From: a virus
Length of the DNA stretch: 64,000 bases
Direction: 5' to 3' (one strand)
IMG/VR virus record: IMGVR_UViG_3300045044_000009
Span: 7,446 to 71,445 of that record
The number at the start of each line of letters is the position of its first letter. The stretch's first letter is position 1. This document shows positions 1 through 9,215 of the stretch, piece by piece. The notes under the pieces were generated by a model. The model made no database searches. It was given only the letters and a program-made list of their open reading frames with translations, and was not told the DNA's origin. The translations under genes and the position numbers were made by a program.

Positions 1-3000
1 CCTGTCGTGCGCCAGCCGTTCGCCTGAAGCGCGACATCCTGACCGTTGGCGAAGATATTCATCCGGTCGATGGTCGCGCCATAGCCGAGGTTCATTCCGC
101 CGTTCGCGCGGATGTTGCCGCTGCGCGTATCGAAGGCGATGCCGGTCAGGCCCACAGGGATCGCCTGACCGCCGCATACCGTGGACAGGCCAACGCCAAA
201 CCATGAGTTCAGGACGAGGTTCGCGCCAGCGAGCCATGCACCATCGACCTTGCCCGGCGCATTGATGAAATTGGCCCCGCTTCCAAAGTTGATCGGCACC
301 GATCCGCTCATGGTGATCGGGCCGGTCATCGTGCCCCCTGAGAGGGGCAGGTAGTTGTTCAGCAGTGCGCGGATCGCGTCGGCATACTGCTTGGTGCAGG
401 CTTGCAGCGGCGCGGTCGGATCACCGGGCAGATTGATCGGCGTCCATGCCCAGATGCCGTTGCTCGCGACGCGGAGCATCAGCGACGTGTTGCAGTAGAA
501 GTCGTGGACGCCGCCGGAATTGTAATTCAGCGTGTTTCCGGTGATGCAGAAGCCGTAATTCGGTGCCCACAGGGTGATGTAGCCTTGCAGGTCTTGTGGG
601 TTCTGCGCGATCGGATTGCTGAAGGTGATGCCGGTGTTGTTGGTGAACCGGAGCGGGCCGGTGAGCGTATCGCCCGCCTTGAACACATACAGCGCATCGC
701 CCGTGCTCTGGTCGAGGATGCCGCCGGAATACACATCGTAGCGGTTCTCGACCGACGACCAGATGATGCGATCGCCCTCATGGATGAGCATCCCCGAGAT
801 GCCGGGGATGTTCGGCGCTGTCTCGGGCACTGCCGGATTGGCGAGCTTCGCATACCACTCATAGGCGTTGGCGTTGGTCGCAATTTTCGCGTTGAGGTCC
901 GGGATGTTCGGCGCGACCTGCCACTCGCCCTGATAGGACGCCGCACTGATCAAATCGACATAGAACTTGGTGGCGGCGTCGTCGGGCTGCACGGGCGCGC
1001 GCAGTGTGCCGAGTTGATACCCGTTCATCTGCAACGGGCCGAGCATCGTGTCGCCCGTGATCAGGACGTATTTTCCGGCAGGACTGTTGAGGTCCACGTA
1101 TTGCTTGGTGGCGGCTTCGAGCAGCAGGGTGGGGTTGTGATCCAGCATCAGGTTGACGCCGTTGAGAACCTGGATGGACCACGGCAAGGCATCGGCCTGG
1201 AAATACAGCAGATCGCCTTGGTAGGAACCGGCGTTGTTGAACACACTCACATAGAAGTAGCCGCCATAATTTTCGATCGACCAGCCGTTGCTCGATGTAT
1301 CGAGGAAGCGGATCGCTGGCCGGGTGCCCTGGATGATGAATTGCGCGCCGAAGCCGCCGGTTCCTTGGGTATTGGACGCGATCGTCAGCGGCCCGGTGAG
1401 TGAGCCACCTGTGAGCGGCAGGAAGTTGTTATCGACATACTGCTTCGGCACGGCCTGTAAGGGCGTGGACGGATTGCCTGCAAGGGTGACGGTGCTGCCG
1501 AACGTCGCCTGCTGATTGACCTGAAGCGTGGTTTGCAGCGTCGTTGCGCCCGAGACGGTGAGTGTGCCGCTGACGCTGAGAGCGTAACCGAAGGCGGCGT
1601 CGCCTGTGGCCCGCGAGACGGTGAACGGCGAGCCGAGATTGCTGCCGGTGTCGGAGAACCGCTGCATGACCCAATCGGAGCCGACATTGCCGCCGGTCTC
1701 AGAAGACGATCCGACATTGGTGCCGATGACCCAGCGCAGGGTGTTCGCCGCATTGGTGAACCAAAGCTGCTTCGCTGTGTCCGTCCGCACGATAAGGCTA
1801 TTCTGCGCAGTGATATTGTAGGTCGCGAGCAAGGAGCCGTTGACCGTCGTGGAGCCGGTGGTCAGCGTGCTATCGAAGGTGACCGCGCCTGTGGCGTGCA
1901 GGGTGCCATTGAGAGTGCTGTTGCCGTTGACGGTCAGTGGGCCGTTGATGCGGAACTCGGCGGTCTGTCGCACGATCCTGAAATACGGCAGTGAGCCGAT
2001 TTGCGCCCCGGTATCGTCGAAGGCCCAGAGGATGACATCGCTGCCTACGTTGCCCCCGGTCTCCGGGTCGGTGGACGGCATCATCAGACGCCACCGCGCG
2101 AGGCCGCCTTTCAGCGCATAGATATTGGCTGACGTGTTGCCTGCCGGGGTGTTCATTTGCAGCGTCACCCAGGCCGTGGCGACGCCTGCGCCCAGCACCA
2201 GCGGCGCGACGTTGGTGCTCGGGATGATCTGCAATTGTCCGGTCAGGGTGCCGCCGGTCAGCGGGAGATAATTCGCCAGCGCAGCGGAGATGGCGTTGTC
2301 GGTGTATTGCTTGGTTGCCGCCTGCATCGCCGAGGCCGGATCGTGCGCCAGCGTGAGCACCGACGATCCGGCGAGGGTGAGCGGCTGATTGTTGACGAAG
2401 ACCCCGGTGCCGCCGGTCTGGAACGTCGTGCTGCCGCTGGTGAATGTCTGGTTGCCCTGGAACAGCGAGTTGCCGACGGTCGTGATAGCGTAGCCGGAGC
2501 TAGGGTTGAATGTCACCGGGCCGGTGAAGGCACCCCCGGTGAACGGCATGAAGGTGTTGTTCGTATAGGTTCGCAGCGCATCGACGTATTGCTTCGTGCT
2601 GGCCTGCAAGGGCTGCGTCGGGTCTGCGGCAAGCGTGGCGGTCGAGCCGAACAGCACCGGGGTGTTCAACTGGATGGTGCCGTTCTGACGGCTGATGCGG
2701 AAGGGATAATCGATCAGACTGCCGTCGTCGTGGTGGCGATGCAGAATGAAGTCGCTGCCAGTGTCACTGCCGGTTTCTTGGTCGGTCGAGGCGAGTTCCA
2801 AGCCCCAGCGCACAGTGCCGAATTTGAAGCCGAAAAATGCTGCGGCGGTGCCGGCCTGGGTCGCGTTGAGCCGGATCGTGGCCCACGCCCCGGCAGTGGG
2901 ATTGGTAATGATTAGGCCGGGGCTGTTGGAGTTCGGCGAAATGGTGAGCGGGCCGCTCATGCTGTCGCCGGTCTTCATCACATAGCCGCCGCCAGCGATC

Positions 3001-3803
3001 GGTGCGTAATTTGCCTGCACCCAATGCATCGTCGCGGCTTCCATCGGCGCTTGCGGATCGCGCGACAGATAGAAGGGCGCATTGACGGTGATCTGGGATT
3101 GCGTGAGCGACGTGACCCAACGGAACTGCATCCAGACGTTGTCGCCACCGCTGAGATTGTAGATGAACTGGAGAAAATTGCTGTAGGCGCCGATGCCGAA
3201 ATAAGTGTTCGCCGTAGGCGATTTCCACCAGATCGCCGGGTAGTGGTTGGTGGGAGTGTCCAGTATGAGGTTGCTGCCCCAGCCTGCCGGGCCATTCTCC
3301 GGCGCGTTGATGGTGATCCCGCCACTCATCGTGCCGCCCGTCAGCGGCAGGTAGTTCCCCAGGCTGGTATTGAGGGCATCGATCTGCTGCTTGGTCGCGG
3401 CACCAAGCGGGTCTGTCGGATTGCCCGACAGGACCAACGGTCCGGTCATCGTGGCACCAGTGAGTGGGATCACCGGCTGCCATGTCTCATCCGACCCGCG
3501 ACGGCCATATGCCTGTCCGTCCGTCGGCGCATCGGGGATGCCCGCCGAGACGCTGCGATCGAACATGATCTTCTGGCCGGTCGGATCGATGCTGGTCGGC
3601 ACCCCGATCCACACCCGCATAGGGGTGCCCATTTCGACGCAGAATTCGCCTTCTGCCAGCGAGTTCGGCGCAGGCGAATGATTGTTGGTCGCGGTGCGGT
3701 AGTGCTGGACGATATTGGTCCGTCCGGCGCTATCGACCGTGCTCCTGCCCGCAGGGCCAGGAATGAACGCAGCCGGGAAGAAGGTGCCACCGTCCATCGG
3801 CAT
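1..3803 (-). CDS. Long fibre/whisker-like structural protein, >1260 aa, truncated at the window edge
   Basis: Absent from the ORF track because there is no stop inside the window. ATG at 3803 (MPMDGGTFFPAAF...). The track lists no complete ORF in this frame, and the frame still reads as protein at base 3 (...VALQANGWRTT). Contains repeated YLPLTGGTMSG / AATKQYxD fibre motifs and a foldon-like GIPDAPTDGQAYGRRGSDETW. Confidence 0.85.
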   Translation of the reverse strand, partial: MPMDGGTFFPAAFIPGPAGRSTVDSAGRTNIVQHYRTATNNHSPAPNSLAEGEFCVEMGTPMRVWIGVPTSIDPTGQKIMFDRSVSAGIPDAPTDGQAYGRRGSDETWQPVIPLTGATMTGPLVLSGNPTDPLGAATKQQIDALNTSLGNYLPLTGGTMSGGITINAPENGPAGWGSNLILDTPTNHYPAIWWKSPTANTYFGIGAYSNFLQFIYNLSGGDNVWMQFRWVTSLTQSQITVNAPFYLSRDPQAPMEAATMHWVQANYAPIAGGGYVMKTGDSMSGPLTISPNSNSPGLIITNPTAGAWATIRLNATQAGTAAAFFGFKFGTVRWGLELASTDQETGSDTGSDFILHRHHDDGSLIDYPFRISRQNGTIQLNTPVLFGSTATLAADPTQPLQASTKQYVDALRTYTNNTFMPFTGGAFTGPVTFNPSSGYAITTVGNSLFQGNQTFTSGSTTFQTGGTGVFVNNQPLTLAGSSVLTLAHDPASAMQAATKQYTDNAISAALANYLPLTGGTLTGQLQIIPSTNVAPLVLGAGVATAWVTLQMNTPAGNTSANIYALKGGLARWRLMMPSTDPETGGNVGSDVILWAFDDTGAQIGSLPYFRIVRQTAEFRINGPLTVNGNSTLNGTLHATGAVTFDSTLTTGSTTVNGSLLATYNITAQNSLIVRTDTAKQLWFTNAANTLRWVIGTNVGSSSETGGNVGSDWVMQRFSDTGSNLGSPFTVSRATGDAAFGYALSVSGTLTVSGATTLQTTLQVNQQATFGSTVTLAGNPSTPLQAVPKQYVDNNFLPLTGGSLTGPLTIASNTQGTGGFGAQFIIQGTRPAIRFLDTSSNGWSIENYGGYFYVSVFNNAGSYQGDLLYFQADALPWSIQVLNGVNLMLDHNPTLLLEAATKQYVDLNSPAGKYVLITGDTMLGPLQMNGYQLGTLRAPVQPDDAATKFYVDLISAASYQGEWQVAPNIPDLNAKIATNANAYEWYAKLANPAVPETAPNIPGISGMLIHEGDRIIWSSVENRYDVYSGGILDQSTGDALYVFKAGDTLTGPLRFTNNTGITFSNPIAQNPQDLQGYITLWAPNYGFCITGNTLNYNSGGVHDFYCNTSLMLRVASNGIWAWTPINLPGDPTAPLQACTKQYADAIRALLNNYLPLSGGTMTGPITMSGSVPINFGSGANFINAPGKVDGAWLAGANLVLNSWFGVGLSTVCGGQAIPVGLTGIAFDTRSGNIRANGGMNLGYGATIDRMNIFANGQDVALQANGWRTT

Positions 3804-3806
3804 GTC

Positions 3807-4346
3807 TTATGACCCCCACGCCAAAAACACGCCCCTGGCCCAAGTATTCACCGTGCCGGACAGATCGACCCCCGGCGTGGTGTCCATCAAGACTTCGTAG
3901 CCGCCTGTGCCGACCAGCATCGCCCAATAGGCGTATTGCTGACCGTAGATGGTGTAATTCCACGGTCCCCATCCCTCCATCATGAACGACGCGATGTCGG
4001 AGCCGACGCTGACCTTCGACACGCTCTTGGAGGTCGGTATCCCCATCGCCATGCCGGCGGGGAACGGCATCCCCTGGCTGCGATACAGGAAGTAGCTCTG
4101 CATGGTCAGGAAGTGCGCCGTGATCAGTTCCATACCCATCGTGGAGAGACAGCCCCAGCGGCACGCATTGATCATGCAGCCCGACACATCCAGGAAGCGC
4201 TGTATCTGGGCATCCGGGAACTTCACGGTGTCGCCGAAGGCGGGGAAGTCGGTGCGGAACTGACCGACGGTCACATAGGGATTGGTCTGCGGCTGATAGG
4301 GTGGCTGGGTGGGATACGGTGCGCTAGTGAGCACGACCGCGCTCAT
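3807..4346 (-). CDS. Head-tail adaptor protein (DUF4054-like)
   Basis: FRTDFPAFGDTVKFPDAQI...WG...ELITAHFL and TIYGQQY...GTGG motifs; lies downstream of the major capsid gene. Confidence 0.75.
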   Translation of the reverse strand: MSAVVLTSAPYPTQPPYQPQTNPYVTVGQFRTDFPAFGDTVKFPDAQIQRFLDVSGCMINACRWGCLSTMGMELITAHFLTMQSYFLYRSQGMPFPAGMAMGIPTSKSVSKVSVGSDIASFMMEGWGPWNYTIYGQQYAYWAMLVGTGGYEVLMDTTPGVDLSGTVNTWARGVFLAWGS

Positions 4347-5017
4347 CGCTTGCCTGCCGCCGTCGCATAGTCGCGCGCCCTGCCGACGATCTTGTCGGGA
4401 GGACGGTCGGCGGCGAGGTTGCGCTGGCCAGCGGCGTCCTTCTTCGGTGACGGCGGTGCCTTCGGCTCCGGATAGGTGGTCGGCGTATAGCCCACTCCCG
4501 AGCCTAGGGAGCCCCAGGACGGCGGTGACCGCCTCTGGGGTGGGGAGGATAGGGACAGGCCGCCTGCGGCGTCTGTGCCGCCTGTGACCGGCTGCGCGGT
4601 GGCAGGTGGCGGTGCAGCGGGAGGCATGCTGGCGCTCGTTGGCGTCGCGGCGGCGGGCGGCATAGCCGGCGTCTGATCGCGCTCCACCGGCTTCTTCTGC
4701 CAGGGATACCCCTGCTTGCGCGCAGCGACGACCATGCGGCGGATGTCGTCCGGCTCCTCCGAGCGTTCCTCGGCGTCCGGCGTCCCGACTGGCGGCGTAG
4801 GGCTTTCGGTCTTGACTGGTCCTTCGTTCGGCAGGTTGCTATGCGTGCCGAAGATGCCTTCATCCAGACCCGGCCCGGCCTCGCCGAAGGTGGCGTCGAT
4901 GCCGGTGATCTTGCCGGCGTTCTTGGAAGCATACAGCACCGACTTCGCCTTCTTCTCCGAGCCGTAGGTCTCCTCCATCGCGTTGAGGATCTTTTCGCCC
5001 TTGGCGTTCAACGGCAT
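4343..5017 (-). CDS. Hypothetical head-region protein, Pro/Ala-rich
   Basis: ORF coupled within the operon; N-terminus MPLNAKGEKILNAMEETYG...LYASKNAGKI followed by low-complexity sequence. Confidence 0.6.
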   Translation of the reverse strand: MPLNAKGEKILNAMEETYGSEKKAKSVLYASKNAGKITGIDATFGEAGPGLDEGIFGTHSNLPNEGPVKTESPTPPVGTPDAEERSEEPDDIRRMVVAARKQGYPWQKKPVERDQTPAMPPAAATPTSASMPPAAPPPATAQPVTGGTDAAGGLSLSSPPQRRSPPSWGSLGSGVGYTPTTYPEPKAPPSPKKDAAGQRNLAADRPPDKIVGRARDYATAAGKR

Positions 5018-5019
5018 GG

Positions 5020-5235
5020 CTATGACCCCTCTGTCCTGAGAACATCATTGACGGCTTCGACCATCGCTTCGTAGCGCTCGGCGATCTGGAGCGTGAGGCG
5101 CTTGAATTCCGCGATGCCTTCCGGGGTGATCGCGTGCGCCGCCATACCGACCTGGAATGGACCGATCATGTGCGTGCAGAGCGCAGCGCGCAGTCCATCC
5201 AATATGGCGACTTTGGTGTCGTCCCTGAATGGCAT
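5020..5235 (-). CDS. Hypothetical protein
   Basis: 71-aa ORF abutting both neighbours in the head operon. Confidence 0.55.
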   Translation of the reverse strand: MPFRDDTKVAILDGLRAALCTHMIGPFQVGMAAHAITPEGIAEFKRLTLQIAERYEAMVEAVNDVLRTEGS

Positions 5236-5672
5236 CAGTGACCTACCCAGGATGGCACGGGCGGTGCGGGCTGGTCTTCCAGCTTGTGCCCGGCGAAGTA
5301 GTGCGCCGCAGGAACGCCCCTCGGACTTACAGCGGGCGGGGGTGCCGCCTCATCGACCGACGTGTTGTTGCGCGCTGCCCGCGCCGCGAGCAACTGGCGC
5401 TGGGCGAAGTCGGCCATGGTCGGCTTTGGCGGCGGTTCCACGAAGCCTTCCAGATGCGCCTGGACATACCAGTGGTTGGCGATGTGCTCAGGCACGTCTA
5501 CCGGGCCAGGAACGAACTCGACCCGCTCGCCCTCCTGCGCATAGACCGGCTTTTCCTCCTTGGTCTTGTCATCGATCACCGTGCCGATCTGCTTGGGATC
5601 GAGTTGCAGGCTGAACGCTTTCAAGACGTTGATCACTGGCACAGGGAGCCTCCTGACAAGGTGGCCTGACAT
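5235..5672 (-). CDS. Hypothetical virion protein downstream of the capsid gene
   Basis: 145-aa ORF with one-base stop/start coupling to the next gene. Confidence 0.55.
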   Translation of the reverse strand: MSGHLVRRLPVPVINVLKAFSLQLDPKQIGTVIDDKTKEEKPVYAQEGERVEFVPGPVDVPEHIANHWYVQAHLEGFVEPPPKPTMADFAQRQLLAARAARNNTSVDEAAPPPAVSPRGVPAAHYFAGHKLEDQPAPPVPSWVGH

Positions 5673-5788
5673 TTTGGCCTGACGATGTGACAGGACATTC
5701 TGTCAGGCCATTTTGTCCGGCGGAATGGGGTGCGGCTGGCGTGCGCTCTCGCGGGATAATCTGCCCGCCGCTTAGCTCAGAGGGGAAG

Positions 5789-5872
5789 ATGAGACGTTGG
5801 TTGCCGCAGGACCGACTGGATTGGATATTGGTCGTGGTGGCTGTGATAGCGGTTGTCGGTCTGCTGTGGTGA
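5789..5872 (+). CDS. Putative antisense small membrane peptide (27 aa)
   Basis: AGGGG RBS-like sequence, then MRRWLPQDRLDWILVVVAVIAVVGLLW; sits in the gap after the capsid stop codon. Confidence 0.35.
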   Translation: MRRWLPQDRLDWILVVVAVIAVVGLLW

Positions 5873-5875
5873 CGG

Positions 5876-6886
5876 TCAGATGCCGTCGCGATAGCCGATC
5901 AGTTCGGGATACACGACCTCGATCATGCCGAGGCGCCCCCAGTAGGTCGTGATATTGTAGAGGCTGCGCCACTCCAACGGCGTCCTTTGCAGCGGCGTCA
6001 TCGGATAGCGGATGTAGTCGTAGTTCTTGGTATACGCGACCATGCGGTTCGCACCCGCAGCACCGCGTCCAGTCAGCCACTTGGCGGGCTGGATCTCCAG
6101 GGTCTTGCCCGCCGTGGCGGCGAGGTTGTTGTCCTGGAGGAACCGCAGGATCGACACGTTGCCCGCGCTGCTGACGATGTTGGACACCAGCAGCGAGAAG
6201 TCCGCAGGCGGCACCAGAACACGGTCTGGCATCACAGCGAAGGCGGAAGTCTGCCATACGCTGGTCAGCAGTTCGTTGATCTGGTTCAGGATGACGCCGG
6301 GGGTCTGCGCGGTGATCGCCGCCGCCCAGGTGCCTCCGGTGACGTTGGTGAGATTGGTCACCAGAGGATGATTGACCAGTCCCGCCGCGCCGACCGTGCT
6401 GTCGCCGATATACACCAACTGGTCGATGTCCATCTGGTGCTTCGTGCGGATGACCTGGAACTTCTGGTCATCGATCGGACGGCCTAGCTGCATCGCCGAC
6501 GCCAGCTCGGGCATGGTGTAGCTGAGTTCCATCCCCCAGAGGAACAACGGCTGCGGTGTCTTGCCGATGTCCAACTGAGCGCCTGTGATCGTGTTGGTGT
6601 CCTTGGCGATCCAGGCGATGCCAGCGGGGTTGATGCCACCAGCGGCAGCGAAGCTGCTGTTGGTGTAGGACGAATATTCATCGCCCACCGTCACGTCTTC
6701 GCGGAGGTCGATGTCGCGGCCCCAGGTCACCGTGAACAGCGGGCCGTGCAATGTCTGGTCGAGGCGTTCGAGTTCCCCGATCAGGAAGGCACCTGTGCTG
6801 TCCTTGGTATACAGGCCGTCGTAGGTGAACATCGGCGACCTGCCCATCGGCGGGCCGCCGTTGTGGCCGATCATGTCCAAAGGCAT
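5876..6886 (-). CDS. Major capsid protein (DUF2184 family)
   Basis: GAFLIGELERLD...TWGRDI...GMELSYTMPEL motifs, 336 aa, follows the scaffold and cement genes. Confidence 0.9.
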   Translation of the reverse strand: MPLDMIGHNGGPPMGRSPMFTYDGLYTKDSTGAFLIGELERLDQTLHGPLFTVTWGRDIDLREDVTVGDEYSSYTNSSFAAAGGINPAGIAWIAKDTNTITGAQLDIGKTPQPLFLWGMELSYTMPELASAMQLGRPIDDQKFQVIRTKHQMDIDQLVYIGDSTVGAAGLVNHPLVTNLTNVTGGTWAAAITAQTPGVILNQINELLTSVWQTSAFAVMPDRVLVPPADFSLLVSNIVSSAGNVSILRFLQDNNLAATAGKTLEIQPAKWLTGRGAAGANRMVAYTKNYDYIRYPMTPLQRTPLEWRSLYNITTYWGRLGMIEVVYPELIGYRDGI

Positions 6887-6900
6887 GACCTATCCTTTCA

Positions 6901-7404
6901 TCAGAGGTTGTAGGCGATCTCGGTCATGCCGTTGGCATCCGCCGGACCCATGAATGTGCCGTTGACCGCGAGCACGGTAGCTCCCGGTGCCGCGCCGGTC
7001 ACACCGCCCGCAGGATTGCCTGCCGACGCCGTGCCGATGAACACCCCGAGCGGCTGTCCCTTGGCGACCGCAGGACTGGCGGCGTTGAGCTTCACCGTCA
7101 TGTAGCCCCGCTTCAGCACGTCGCCATGGCCGGTCGTCGGCGGCGTGGCCTGATATAGCGGGTCGTTCATGGACAGGTTGCTCTGGCGCGGATACGGACG
7201 GACGAAGAAGCCCGCGAACGTCGCCGCCGTGTCGGTCCCGGTCGGCGGCCTGACCGTGCCCGTCGCGGCATCCATGACCAGCATCACGCCGTATCCGAGC
7301 GGCGGCGTGGTGGTGTTGAGCAGTTCGGCCTGGACGGTCGCATCGTGGATGCGATTGACCGCCCCCGGATAGCCGACATCCATGCGGTAGAGGAAAGCTA
7401 CCAC
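6901..7404 (-). CDS. Capsid cement/decoration protein
   Basis: FLYRMDVGYPGAVNR...FVRPYP...LKRGYMTV...GPADANGMTEIAYNL; immediately upstream of the capsid gene. Confidence 0.75.
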   Translation of the reverse strand: MVAFLYRMDVGYPGAVNRIHDATVQAELLNTTTPPLGYGVMLVMDAATGTVRPPTGTDTAATFAGFFVRPYPRQSNLSMNDPLYQATPPTTGHGDVLKRGYMTVKLNAASPAVAKGQPLGVFIGTASAGNPAGGVTGAAPGATVLAVNGTFMGPADANGMTEIAYNL

Positions 7405-7430
7405 TTGTTGCCTCCTAGGTTGTCAGTGGA

Positions 7431-7916
7431 TCAGTGCTGCGATGCAGCGGGGGGAGCCTGCCGTGCCTGCGCTGCCTGCGCCGCACGGTGCTCGGCACGC
7501 TCGCGCGCCGCGTCCCTGGCGTCCTGATGACCGGCAGGGGCGACGGTGCCAGGGGTCGGTTCGTCGGGCGGACGCCTGCCGAGAACCGCGTCACGGATCA
7601 CCGCGAAGTCTTCCGGCGGTTCGTGGGGGTTCTCACCGACCTCGGCGCGCGCGCCTCGGACCAGCGGGCTTTCCCAGGGGAACATACCGATCGGCAGGAC
7701 TTGCTCCTGCTGACCGGCGCCATAGACCTCGGGATAGATCGCCCAATTCTCCAGGGCATACGCCAACCTATCCTGCGGTGACGCATCCTCCGGAAGCGGC
7801 TGGTGCAGCGGTCCGGGACGCGGCATCACGCCTGCCCCATGCGGCTGCGGCTCCTGCGGTGCATTCGGCGGCGGTGCAGGCGGATTGCCCTGCATCGCGC
7901 CGGGTGTCAGTGCCAT
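7431..7916 (-). CDS. Hypothetical Pro-rich protein
   Basis: ATG with GGAGG RBS; in operon between scaffold and cement genes. Confidence 0.5.
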   Translation of the reverse strand: MALTPGAMQGNPPAPPPNAPQEPQPHGAGVMPRPGPLHQPLPEDASPQDRLAYALENWAIYPEVYGAGQQEQVLPIGMFPWESPLVRGARAEVGENPHEPPEDFAVIRDAVLGRRPPDEPTPGTVAPAGHQDARDAARERAEHRAAQAAQARQAPPAASQH

Positions 7917-7917
7917 G

Positions 7918-9012
7918 TTATGCGACCCTCCTTGGTCCCATGTTGGTCACGCCCTGCTTGGTCCAGTAATCGTGGTTGGCGGAGTTGATGCCGCGCACGA
8001 TCTCGACCTGCCTGCTGCGATGGGCGCGCAGATCGCCCGCCATGTCACCGAACATCGGTGACGGCACGCTGGCGGCATTGTTCATGGCACGCATCTTCGC
8101 CGAAGCGTCCGCGAAGATGATGCGCATGGCGTCGTAAGACATGCCGCCGACCGACGGTGCATAGTTGCCGAGGATCTCCTTGCCCTTGTCGGTCTTCGCC
8201 AATTCCACCAGAGCGTTGCGCCGCAGGCCGTGCAGACGCTTCTGGGTCTCCGGCCACTTGGCCTCGCCGCCTGCATCCAGCGTCGGAACCTTGATGCCGG
8301 GATGCAGGATTTCGGCCCGAGCGACAGTATCGCGGACGATATTGCCGATCGCCTGGAGGGTGCGGCTCTTGTAGGCAGCATCACCCATCCGGGTCTTCTC
8401 CTGCTTCAAGGCAGGATCGGCCTCGACCAGTTCTGCGGACGATGCGGGCGGCTTGCTCATGGTGAGACCGCTTTCGCCGTTCTCATTGCCCATGTGCATG
8501 AGATCGCCACCGAGGTCGCTGTCCTCAGACTTCTGCTCGAAGTGCTCCTTGACCTCTGCCGGCATCTCGCCGTCTTCGGTCTCGGGTGTCTCCGGCTTGT
8601 CCTCGCCCTCTTTGCCCCAGTTCTTCTTGAAGCCTTCGGGGAGGTCGGCATCGCGGATGCCCATCTTGTCCGCCATGCGGCCAAGCACGGCACCGATGCC
8701 CTTCACGCCGTCTTCCAGCTTCGTCACGCGATCAGCCAGAGCGCTGTCGCCGTTGCCGCCCGCATGCTCGACATGGATGTGGACATTCTGCGGGTGCTTG
8801 CCCTCATCCCCGTCCGGCTCCCTGTGGCCGGTGTCTTCGTCAGGCGGCACCTGGACGGTGGCCTCCTGTTCTTCCGCCTCATCGGCGAGGCGCGCGAATG
8901 TCGCCTTGTCCTTGGCAAAAAACGCGCGGCTCATCCAATCGCGGATGTTCCGCTTACTCACGTCTATGGCCCTCCTTTTCGCCACGCAGCGATCACACAG
9001 ACAGTCGCTCAT
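7918..9012 (-). CDS. Probable capsid scaffolding protein
   Basis: Acidic, charged and helical; AEILxPGIK and INxANxxYW-type C-terminus resembles the scaffold region of DUF2213 proteins; position upstream of cement and capsid genes. Confidence 0.6.
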   Translation of the reverse strand: MSDCLCDRCVAKRRAIDVSKRNIRDWMSRAFFAKDKATFARLADEAEEQEATVQVPPDEDTGHREPDGDEGKHPQNVHIHVEHAGGNGDSALADRVTKLEDGVKGIGAVLGRMADKMGIRDADLPEGFKKNWGKEGEDKPETPETEDGEMPAEVKEHFEQKSEDSDLGGDLMHMGNENGESGLTMSKPPASSAELVEADPALKQEKTRMGDAAYKSRTLQAIGNIVRDTVARAEILHPGIKVPTLDAGGEAKWPETQKRLHGLRRNALVELAKTDKGKEILGNYAPSVGGMSYDAMRIIFADASAKMRAMNNAASVPSPMFGDMAGDLRAHRSRQVEIVRGINSANHDYWTKQGVTNMGPRRVA

Positions 9013-9215
9013 ATCTCGGCATCCTCGGGTGGCGTATCGAGGCCGAGCATTCCGTAGAACTGGTTGTCATCATCGAACGGGACGCCGATCTGCGCAGCTA
9101 TCGCCAGCAGTTCCATCGCCGCCTCCAATTGCTCCTGCGACAGCCCGGAGATAGTCGGGCAATCGCCGAATTTGTCCTTGTAGTCGTGAGCGGCCTGCAA
9201 CGGATCGTCGCTCAT
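9009..9215 (-). CDS. Small acidic protein (possible immunity or partner of the upstream metallopeptidase)
   Basis: 68 aa, D/E-rich, 4-nt overlaps with both neighbours. Confidence 0.5.
   Translation of the reverse strand: MSDDPLQAAHDYKDKFGDCPTISGLSQEQLEAAMELLAIAAQIGVPFDDDNQFYGMLGLDTPPEDAEI

Noticed and set aside
402-3812. Long plus-strand ORFs (402-1403, 2157-2915, 3024-3812)
   Set aside because: Antisense shadows of the minus-strand fibre gene, expected at this GC content; no recognisable motifs.
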